Source: Gemmatimonadales bacterium
GTDB taxonomy: Bacteria > Gemmatimonadota > Gemmatimonadetes > Gemmatimonadales > GWC2-71-9
Reading direction: 5' to 3'
Assembly: GCA_037189525.1 (NCBI GenBank)
Contig: JBBCJC010000003.1
Coordinates: 256,001-320,000 of the forward strand
Length of the DNA stretch: 64,000 bases
Under the pieces are notes generated by a model. That model was given only the letters and a program-made list of their open reading frames with translations. It had not been told where the DNA came from and made no database searches. Shown in pieces: positions 50,743-58,333 of the stretch. How positions within the stretch are numbered: position 1 is the stretch's first letter; the number at the start of each line of letters is the position of its first letter. The translations under genes were made by a program, and so were the position numbers.

Positions 50743-51870
50743 TTACCGCGTAGCTGGGGGCGACGGACGCTCGGCGGAGGCCGAGGCCCGTACCCGGGTG
50801 CCGGGCTGAATGCCGCGGGCTGCACCGGTAATGACCGTATCGCCGGCCGCAATGCCCTCGACGATTTCGATTTGTTCCCGGGCCTGGTCTTCGATGCCTA
50901 ATGTGACCTCGGCGCGCTGAGCCACGCCCGCCACGATCCTGGTCACGATCGGCCGGATCCCGCGCCGGTCGACGGCCGAGATCGGAACCACGACGCCGTC
51001 GCGCTGCGCCGTGCCGACCTGGCCCTGCGCAAAGAGGCCGGCGACCAGGCGTCCCGAACTGTTGGGCAGACCGACCGTGATGCGCACCTGGCGGGTGGCG
51101 GGGTCGACTGCGGGATTGACCCGGGTCACCTTGCCCTCGAACCGGCGGTCGGGGTAGCCGTCGACCACGAAGGGAACCGGCGTGCCCGGCTTGAGGCTTG
51201 CGACGGCCGAGACCGGAACCTGCGCCTCGAGCCGGAGGCTGTTCGGATCGATCACCTCGAATAGCGCGGTACCCGGCGACACGTTGTCGCCGACGTGGAC
51301 GTGCCGCTCACTCACGACGCCGGCAATCGGCGCCCGGAGTTCGGTGTTGGCCAGCTGCTTGTCGGCCGAGGCCTGGCGCGCCTTGGCATCCGCCAGCTGC
51401 GCTTCCGCGTTGAGGGCCAGCTGGCGCGCCTGCTCCAACTCGCTCTCGGCCACGGCGCCGGCTTTGGCCAGCTTGTCGGCCCGTTCCACGTTGCGATTGG
51501 CGAGCACCAGCGCCTCGGTCGCGGTGCGGACACCGGAACGCGCCGAGAGAGCCAGATCGCGGACGCCGTCATCGTTGAGGCGGCCGAGCGACTGACCGCG
51601 CGTCACCGCCTGGCCTGCCTCGACGCTCACCTGCGCAACCGTCGTACTCAGCTCGGCGCGGATGGTGGCAGTCCGTTCGGCCGTCAGCGTACCGGACACG
51701 ACCGGGCCGTCCAGGATCTGGCGTTGCTCGGCGACCGCGAGGTTCTCGATCCCGACCAGCGCAGGAGGCGTCTCGGTGGGCGCTTCCGTCCCGTCCGATC
51801 CCTTCCCGCAGCCCAGCAGAAGGACGCTGGTGAGCGTGGCGAAGACTGCAATGCGCTCGGGGCGACTCAT
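50743..51870 (-). CDS. RND periplasmic adaptor (MFP) lipoprotein
   Basis: LLGC lipobox; lipoyl halves (VEAGQAVTRGQ, LRAPIAGVV), helical hairpin, NPAVDPATR. Confidence 0.93.
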   Translation of the reverse strand: MSRPERIAVFATLTSVLLLGCGKGSDGTEAPTETPPALVGIENLAVAEQRQILDGPVVSGTLTAERTATIRAELSTTVAQVSVEAGQAVTRGQSLGRLNDDGVRDLALSARSGVRTATEALVLANRNVERADKLAKAGAVAESELEQARQLALNAEAQLADAKARQASADKQLANTELRAPIAGVVSERHVHVGDNVSPGTALFEVIDPNSLRLEAQVPVSAVASLKPGTPVPFVVDGYPDRRFEGKVTRVNPAVDPATRQVRITVGLPNSSGRLVAGLFAQGQVGTAQRDGVVVPISAVDRRGIRPIVTRIVAGVAQRAEVTLGIEDQAREQIEIVEGIAAGDTVITGAARGIQPGTRVRASASAERPSPPATR

Positions 51871-53456
51871 GGGAGCCTCTGATTTCCGGTCGGTACGGTG
51901 GCCGCGCGCGGCGCAACCTGAGTTTGTGATGATGCGGGGGCTGCCGTCTGCGGAGCGTTGCCCGCGTCTCCGCTGCCCAGCGGTAAGTCGGCGAGCAGCG
52001 CCAGGCGGACTTTCGCGACCTGGAGATCGCGGGCGGCCTGGGCGCGGTTCGTTTCTGCCTGCTGCAGGGCCAGACGGGCGTCGAGCAACTCCGTCTGGGT
52101 CGAGATCCCCTCGCGGAAGCGGAGTTCGGCAATCTGATAGGCGCGGGCGGCCTGAGTGGCCGTCCCGTCGCTGGCTGCCCAGGCGGCGAGCGCGGCGTCA
52201 CGCTGGGCAACGGCGTTGTAGCCGTCGAGTGCCGCGGCTTTGGTAGCCTGCTGGTACCGCAGTTTGGCTTCGGCCACCGCGGCGCGGGCCTGGGTACGGT
52301 CGCCGCTCAGCCGGCCGCCGGTAAAGATCGGAACTTGCACACCAAGCGCAACGTTCCAGTCGGTCAGGAACTCATCCCAGGCCGGAAATGCCCGCGACGG
52401 ATAGGCGATCCGAGTGTACTGGCTCGACAGCGTCAGCGCCGGGAGCCGCTGTGCGCGGGAGGCCTGATCCAGCCCTTCCTGAGCCCGAACCGCTTCGGCC
52501 GCCTGCCGCACCGTGGCGCGGTTGGCAGCTGCCGTATCGGGGGAGGCGCTGGCCAGGGCGGCCAGGCTCGGCGTCGACGACAGGGCTGTATCGGTCAGCG
52601 CGGTGGTCAGCGTCAGAGGCTCGTCGCCTTTCAGGTCCAGGACCTGGCGGAGCCGGAGGTGTGCCAGGTCGCGGCGGGTCTGGGCCTGGATCACGACGGG
52701 ACGCTGATTGTCCCGAGCCACCGTGGCCCGCAGCAGGTCGAATTCCGCCACGGTGCCCAGCTCATGGCGAAGCCGGGTCTGCGCCAGCGTCGTGTCGGAC
52801 TGCGCCAGGGCCGTCGTGGCGATCTCCACCACACGGTCGCCCAGTGCGGCATCGTAATAGGCGTTGACGACATCGACGATGAGCTGCGCCTCGGCCGCGG
52901 TGACGCCAATCGCTGCGCTGGCGCGGCCCGCGTTGGCCGCGCGGATTTGGCCGAGCGTCCTGCCGCCATCGAAGATCATCTGGCTGGCCGCGAGACCGAG
53001 CGTGTAGGTGTTGCGTTGTCCGAACGGCAGGTTGCTGAACGAGCCGAACGGATTGACGGTCGTGACGCAGGCCACGGAACGCTCCAGCGCCTCGAGCCGA
53101 TCGCCGATTGGCCGGGTCGGATCGGCGGCGAAGGCATCGCAACTCGACGGCGCCGGCACGCTTGCTGTGTCGGGCTCGGTCGAGCCGAAGACATTCTCGA
53201 ACTGGGAGCGCAGCTGCCGCGTGTAGGAGAGCGACCCGGTCAGCTGCGGCAGCAATCCGCTGCGCGCGACCTGGTGCTGTCCTCGGGCGCGATCGACGGC
53301 AACACGGGCCAGCCCGACCGCTTCGCTGGCAGGACGCGCCAGACGGAGCGCCTCTTCGAGCGAGAGCGGCCGGGCCTCGGTCGCTTGGCCGGCAAGGCCG
53401 GAACTGAACGTGATGACCAGCATGGCGCCGGCCAACCACGGAGTCAGACGGTTCAC
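51867..53456 (-). CDS. TolC family outer membrane efflux protein
   Basis: LSLEEALRLA, LLPQL, IFDGGR, VPIFTGG, RFREGIST..ELLDAR. Confidence 0.92.
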   Translation of the reverse strand: MNRLTPWLAGAMLVITFSSGLAGQATEARPLSLEEALRLARPASEAVGLARVAVDRARGQHQVARSGLLPQLTGSLSYTRQLRSQFENVFGSTEPDTASVPAPSSCDAFAADPTRPIGDRLEALERSVACVTTVNPFGSFSNLPFGQRNTYTLGLAASQMIFDGGRTLGQIRAANAGRASAAIGVTAAEAQLIVDVVNAYYDAALGDRVVEIATTALAQSDTTLAQTRLRHELGTVAEFDLLRATVARDNQRPVVIQAQTRRDLAHLRLRQVLDLKGDEPLTLTTALTDTALSSTPSLAALASASPDTAAANRATVRQAAEAVRAQEGLDQASRAQRLPALTLSSQYTRIAYPSRAFPAWDEFLTDWNVALGVQVPIFTGGRLSGDRTQARAAVAEAKLRYQQATKAAALDGYNAVAQRDAALAAWAASDGTATQAARAYQIAELRFREGISTQTELLDARLALQQAETNRAQAARDLQVAKVRLALLADLPLGSGDAGNAPQTAAPASSQTQVAPRAATVPTGNQRLP

Positions 53457-54040
53457 GTCTCGGTCTCCTTGATGCCGAGGGCCCTGAGGAAAAGCGTGAC
53501 GAACTGATCGACGGTCTGATCAGGAGACGGGCGATGCTGGTCGGGGAAGAGATCGCCCGTCATCGCTTCGGCAAAGATGGCTCCGAGGAGGAGCTTGACC
53601 GACGCCTGGAGGTCGACGTCGGTGGTGATGCGGTCGGCCTGGCGGAGCGATTCGAGATAGCCTTCCAGGGCCCGTTCCGCGCACGCGGCATGGGTTTGAT
53701 TGGCCGGCAGCAGCTCGGGATGCTCTTCGACCTCACCAATGGCCTTTCGAATCAGGCCCCGCTGCTCGTACAGCATCTGAAAGACCGACCGGGCCCAGTT
53801 CCGGATATCCTGACCCGGGGTGTCGGAGTGGGCCGGGAATTGGCAGGTCGGGTCACCGCCGCTGGTACTGGCGCAGACGATGGCCTCACGGAGGAGGCGC
53901 TCCTTCGACCCGAAGTGCCGAAAGAGGGTGATTTCGTTGACCCCGGCGCGCTCGGCGATCAGGCGGGTCGTTGCTCCCCGAAAGCCGGTTTCCGAGTAAA
54001 CCCGGGCGGCGGCGTCGAGGATCCGTTCACGGAGTTCCAT
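53453..54040 (-). CDS. TetR/AcrR family transcriptional regulator
   Basis: MELRERILDAAARVYSETGFRGATTRLIAERAGVNEITLFRHFGSKERL; ATG 54040. Confidence 0.93.
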   Translation of the reverse strand: MELRERILDAAARVYSETGFRGATTRLIAERAGVNEITLFRHFGSKERLLREAIVCASTSGGDPTCQFPAHSDTPGQDIRNWARSVFQMLYEQRGLIRKAIGEVEEHPELLPANQTHAACAERALEGYLESLRQADRITTDVDLQASVKLLLGAIFAEAMTGDLFPDQHRPSPDQTVDQFVTLFLRALGIKETET

Positions 54041-54070
54041 GGGGCGACAAGCTAAGTAGGACGGGCAGGT

Positions 54071-54094
54071 GCAAGCAAGTGGGTACTTGCTTGC
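54071..54094. promoter_or_regulatory. Perfect inverted repeat, candidate TetR operator of the efflux operon
   Basis: GCAAGCAAGT-GGGT-ACTTGCTTGC, about 30 bp upstream of the TetR ATG. Confidence 0.75.
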
Positions 54095-54139
54095 CATCGC
54101 TTGGGAGTGGGGAGATTGACTGAGTGACACCGATTCTGG

Positions 54140-54400
54140 GGCTCACCCCGACGAGGGGTGGCCGGGCGTAGACATTGTCGGGATGTTGACCGATCAGCCT
54201 GCACTCGAGCGGGCGGCACCCCTATGGGGCGTCTCGAGTGCGACCTAATGTCAACCGGGACGGAGGGGAATATCGACGAGGGGCGGGCGGACCTCACGCC
54301 TGCCCCTCGTTGACCCGGGCAATTAAGTCCGAGAGGAATCACTCCACGGAGGAGATGTTCTCGATGCGCTAGCATCGAGCGACGTGGAAGAAACGGTCCC
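54140..54400 (+). other. Highly structured non-coding segment; possible decayed IS110-family non-coding end
   Basis: Stems 54144-54149/54155-54160, 54185-54190/54250-54255, 54201-54209/54233-54241, 54273-54289/54297-54313; GGAGGAG plus ATG followed by a stop. Confidence 0.4.
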
Positions 54401-54402
54401 GA

Positions 54403-54533
54403 GCCGGGAGGTGAGGTGTCGTGCGGGAGGAGCCGCCAGCGCGTCAGTCGGCGCCCCCGCCGTACGATCAACTCAGCCGTTCACGCGCGACTGCAGCGCC
54501 AGGTTCCTCCCGCACGACACCTCACCTCACGGC
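54403..54533. repeat. 131-bp element with long terminal inverted repeats (MITE/REP-like)
   Basis: Perfect 24-bp IR GAGGTGAGGTGTCGTGCGGGAGGA (54408-54431) / 54505-54528, extendable to 32 bp with 2 mismatches. Confidence 0.75.
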
Positions 54534-54580
54534 CGAGCACGAACACCTGCCCACCAGCCTCCTGCAAGCTCAACAACCCG

Positions 54581-55912
54581 CTATGAGCCAATCGATGCCG
54601 TATTCGATCGTCGCCACCAGAAGTACACCGGCAGCCCGAGCATGACGCCGCCCAGGCCGATCACACCCTGCATCGGATTGTTGATGACGGTGTTCAGCAC
54701 GATCACCGCCGCCGACAACACGAACAGGATCGGCGTCAGCGGGTAGAGCGGTACCTTGAACGGACGCGGAGCATCGGGCTCCCGGCGCCGGAAGACGATG
54801 ACGCTGAGGCCGCCAAGTCCGTAGAAGATCCAGCCGATGAAGACGACGTAGGTGAGCAGGATACCGAAGGTGCCGCTCATCGCCAGCACGGCACCCCAGC
54901 CCGCAATCGCGATGATGGAATTGGCCGGGGTACCGAACCGCGGGTGGACTTCACCCAGCTTCTTGAAGAAAATCCCGTCCTTGGCCATCGCGTAGAACAC
55001 CCGAGAGGCCGTCAGGATGATGGCATGCGCAGCGCTGATGATCGAGACCAGGACCGGAATGGCGATCAGCCGTGCCGCGGTTGGTCCGAAGGTATTCCCG
55101 ACGGCGTCGGACGCCACGGTCGTCGACGCGGCCAGCTTCGTGGGGCCCAGGCCGGCGGCATAGCCGACATTGGTCAGGACGTAGATCACGATGATCGCCA
55201 GCGTGCCGAACACCAGCCCGCGCGGGAAGTTGCGCTGAGGATCTTTGACCTCGCCGCCGATGAAGGTGGCGTACTGCCACCCCTCGTAGGCCCAGAGCAC
55301 GCTGATCATGGCCATCAGTCCGCCGCTCAGCAGCGTGGCGTTCCAGTTGGTCGGCATCGGCTCGGTCACCTCGGAGAGTCCCGAGCCGAACATCGGCAGC
55401 GCCACGATCAGGAACACCAGGGCCAGAGCCTTGGCCGCGGTTGCCACGGTCAGGACGGTGGCGCTCTGCTTGGTGCCCCGCAGGTTGAGGAACGCGAGCG
55501 TGCCCAGCACGACCAGAGCCACGACCTTCTTGCCGAGTCCGGAGAGTCCCGGGAAGAGGGCCGCCATGTTGTCGCCCGTTGCCACCGCCAGCGCAGCCAG
55601 CGACCCGCTCGCGATCACGACGAAGAGCGTCCAGCCGTACATGAACGCCCAGATCGGTCCGAACGCATCACGGATATAGGCATAGAGGCCGCCCGCGCTG
55701 GTACGAGTGCAGCCGAGTTCCGCGTAGGTCAGCGCACCGAGGAGCGTCAGGGTGCCGCCGATGATCCAGACCCCGATGGCCACGCCCAGATAGCCGCCGG
55801 AGTTGGCCATCACGCCGCCCGGGGTGAGGAAGATACCCGAGCCGATGATGGTGCCCATCGTGACGACGGCAACATCCTTGGCGGTGAGGGTTCGTTTGAG
55901 TTCGTCAGACAT
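54581..55912 (-). CDS. APC family amino acid permease (LAT/SteT-like)
   Basis: GTIIGSGIF, GALTYAELG, WAYEGW, EVKDPQRNFP, RPFKVPLYP. Confidence 0.93.
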   Translation of the reverse strand: MSDELKRTLTAKDVAVVTMGTIIGSGIFLTPGGVMANSGGYLGVAIGVWIIGGTLTLLGALTYAELGCTRTSAGGLYAYIRDAFGPIWAFMYGWTLFVVIASGSLAALAVATGDNMAALFPGLSGLGKKVVALVVLGTLAFLNLRGTKQSATVLTVATAAKALALVFLIVALPMFGSGLSEVTEPMPTNWNATLLSGGLMAMISVLWAYEGWQYATFIGGEVKDPQRNFPRGLVFGTLAIIVIYVLTNVGYAAGLGPTKLAASTTVASDAVGNTFGPTAARLIAIPVLVSIISAAHAIILTASRVFYAMAKDGIFFKKLGEVHPRFGTPANSIIAIAGWGAVLAMSGTFGILLTYVVFIGWIFYGLGGLSVIVFRRREPDAPRPFKVPLYPLTPILFVLSAAVIVLNTVINNPMQGVIGLGGVMLGLPVYFWWRRSNTASIGS

Positions 55913-57248
55913 CGCTCACTCCGCGCGGAGAAGGAGATGACGGCGTCTGCCGTCGCCAGAAGTAGTAGACGGGAAATGCCAGCAGCGTCGCGCCGATCCC
56001 GATCAATCCCTTTCGAGGGTCCTGCACCACGGTATTCACCACGATCGCGAATCCCGCAATCACGAACAGCAGTGGGGTGACCGGGTAGCCGGGAACCTTG
56101 AAGGGGCGGGGCAGGTCGGGCTGCTTGCGGCGGAGCACCAGGACGGCCAGGCCAACCAGCGAGTAGAAGATCCAGCCGACGAAGACGACATACTCGAGCA
56201 GGACATCGAACGTGCCGGAGGCCGCGAGGATGGCGGACCAGACGCCCGCCGCCACCAGCGCAACGGCCGGTGTACCCCAGCGCGGATGCACTTTGGCCAT
56301 CTGCTTGAAGAAGATCCCGTCGTTGGCCATCGCGAAATAGACCCGGGAACTAGTCAGCGAATTCGCCTGCGCAGCTGTCAGCATCGAGATGATGATCGGA
56401 ACGGCAATCAGCGTCCCGGCGGTCGGGCCGAGGACCCGGTTGGTGGCATCGATCGCGACTCGGCTCGAGGCCATCATATCGGCGGGACCGAGCGCTGCCG
56501 TGTAGGCCAGGACGGCGGCGACATAGATCAGCACCAGTGCCAGGGTACCCAAGGCCAGACCTCGGGGGAAGTTCCGTTGCGGATCGATCGTTTCGCCGGC
56601 GACGAAGGTCACGTACTGCCAGCCTTCGTAGGCCCAGAGCACCGCGATGACCGCGAGTCCGGCAGCCGTGAGCAGGCTGGCATCGAAAGTTGCCGGCCAG
56701 ATCTGGTCGACCTGCGCGAAACCGTTGCCGAGCAAGGGGAGCGCGACGACCAGCACCACGATGGCACCGATCTTGAGAGCGGTGCCGATGCTGAAGATGG
56801 TCGCGCTCCGGGAGGTGCCCATCGTATTGATGGCGGTAATCAGCAGCGCGAGCGCCACGGCGAGCACCTGCTGCGTCGAACTGCCCATCGGAATCAGCCC
56901 GGCAATGTACGTCGCCGACGCAACCGCGAGCGCCGCGACCGTACCGGAAGCGATCACCACGAAGAGGGTCCAACCGTAGGCGAACGCCACGGCAGAGCCG
57001 AAGGCGTCGCGCAGGTAGACATAGAGGCCGCCGGCCGTCGGATTGGCGGCCGCAAGCTCCGCATAGCTCAGGGCACCCACGAACGAGAGCAGGCCGCCCA
57101 GGATCCACACCGTCGTGGCCATGCCGATGGTGCCGCCGGACGCTTCGAGTACCCGCCCCGGCACCAGGAAGATGCCCGAGCCGATCACGCCTCCGACGGT
57201 CAGCAGCGCGACCGTCTTGGCGGTGAAGACACGTTTGAGTTCCGCCAT
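55905..57248 (-). CDS. APC family amino acid permease (paralog)
   Basis: GGVIGSGIF, GALSYAEL, WAYEGW, ETIDPQRNFP, RPFKVPGYP. Confidence 0.93.
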   Translation of the reverse strand: MAELKRVFTAKTVALLTVGGVIGSGIFLVPGRVLEASGGTIGMATTVWILGGLLSFVGALSYAELAAANPTAGGLYVYLRDAFGSAVAFAYGWTLFVVIASGTVAALAVASATYIAGLIPMGSSTQQVLAVALALLITAINTMGTSRSATIFSIGTALKIGAIVVLVVALPLLGNGFAQVDQIWPATFDASLLTAAGLAVIAVLWAYEGWQYVTFVAGETIDPQRNFPRGLALGTLALVLIYVAAVLAYTAALGPADMMASSRVAIDATNRVLGPTAGTLIAVPIIISMLTAAQANSLTSSRVYFAMANDGIFFKQMAKVHPRWGTPAVALVAAGVWSAILAASGTFDVLLEYVVFVGWIFYSLVGLAVLVLRRKQPDLPRPFKVPGYPVTPLLFVIAGFAIVVNTVVQDPRKGLIGIGATLLAFPVYYFWRRQTPSSPSPRGVSDV

Positions 57249-57970
57249 TACCAGCGCCCCCGATCCCCGACTCGCTCGATGACGCGCCCCAGCCGGTCGG
57301 CTGCGTTGCGCCAGTTGATTTCCACCGCTTCCTTCGCCGTTTCCGCGTCGCCGGCTGCGATGGCGTTGATGATTGCTTTGTGCTCGGCCGCCGAGGTGGC
57401 AATTTCGCCCGTCAGATAGCTCACATAGAGACGTTCGTAGCGTTCCGCCTGCGGTTTGACTGAGCCGTGGAGCAGCAGCAGTCGCGGCCCGCCGGCCACC
57501 TGAACGGTGAGATTGTGGAAACGCTCGTCCAGATCCCAGAGACGATTGTGATCGGGGCGGTTGGCCTGCGCCGCTTTCCTGAAGTCGTTGTTGATCGCCG
57601 TCAGATCCTTGACCAGGGCCTGTCGTTGCGCGGCCGGCAGTTCGGCAGCGCTGGCCGCGGCAAGCGCTTCGAGTTGTCCGACGATGTTGAACAACTCATG
57701 CGCGTCCTCGCCCGTTAGCGGCGCGACCGTGGGCCGGGATTGCCGCATGGCCGGCGAGTCGATGATGTAACCCTCCTGCTGCAGACGCTGCAGCGCCCCG
57801 CGTACGGGGGTGCGGCTCACACCGAAGCGGCTGGCAATGTCCGTTTCGACCAGCCGGCTGCCAGGGGCCAGCCGTCCCAGGACGATCAGTTCCCGGAGCT
57901 GTTCGTAGACTTGTTTCGGTCGGGCCGCGCGCCGACTCGGTCGGGTGGTGCTCTTCTTGGCGGCGGTCAT
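57248..57970 (-). CDS. GntR family regulator (FCD domain)
   Basis: VYEQLRELIVLGRLAPGSRL..FGVSRTPVRGAL; DERFH, EHKAI. Confidence 0.92.
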   Translation of the reverse strand: MTAAKKSTTRPSRRAARPKQVYEQLRELIVLGRLAPGSRLVETDIASRFGVSRTPVRGALQRLQQEGYIIDSPAMRQSRPTVAPLTGEDAHELFNIVGQLEALAAASAAELPAAQRQALVKDLTAINNDFRKAAQANRPDHNRLWDLDERFHNLTVQVAGGPRLLLLHGSVKPQAERYERLYVSYLTGEIATSAAEHKAIINAIAAGDAETAKEAVEINWRNAADRLGRVIERVGDRGRW

Positions 57971-58204
57971 GAGGCGGACCCTCCAGAGCGCCGCAGAGCG
58001 GCGCCAGCCACAGTCGAATGAATTGCGTCGAATGCCACGGCAACTCCGTCGAAACGGGTGTCAGGATACCGCCGGCGCAAGCCACGGGCAGCGCGGTGAG
58101 CACCGGCAGTGCATCGCTACGATAAATTCCTCGTGGTCGCGGTGTTGAGCAACATGATACTGGAAAACGGCGGTCGCGGGATAGGAGACGCGACGCGGAT
58201 CGGA

Positions 58205-58216
58205 TTTGTATACAAA
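58205..58216. promoter_or_regulatory. GntR-type palindromic operator candidate
   Basis: TTTGTATACAAA perfect palindrome in the divergent intergenic region. Confidence 0.65.
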
Positions 58217-58290
58217 CTTACGGGCAAGGTCGGCAGTTCCGCCAGCCCCGAACGAAGCCAGTAGGGCCGATTGGCCCTACCTCCGGGTGC

Positions 58291-58319
58291 TTGACAATGC
58301 AACCGGTTGCGCGGACCTT
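58291..58319 (+). promoter_or_regulatory. Candidate sigma70 promoter with a LacI-type palindrome in the spacer
   Basis: TTGACA (58291-58296), GCAACCGGTTGC (58299-58310), weak -10 GACCTT at 17-bp spacing. Confidence 0.5.
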
Positions 58320-58333
58320 GTGCGCCACACGCT

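Noticed and set aside
54140..54400. tmRNA, RNase P, SRP RNA or a known riboswitch
   Set aside because: Signature sequences (GAGGAAAGUCC, the SRP GGAA loop motif, tRNA-like CCA end) not found
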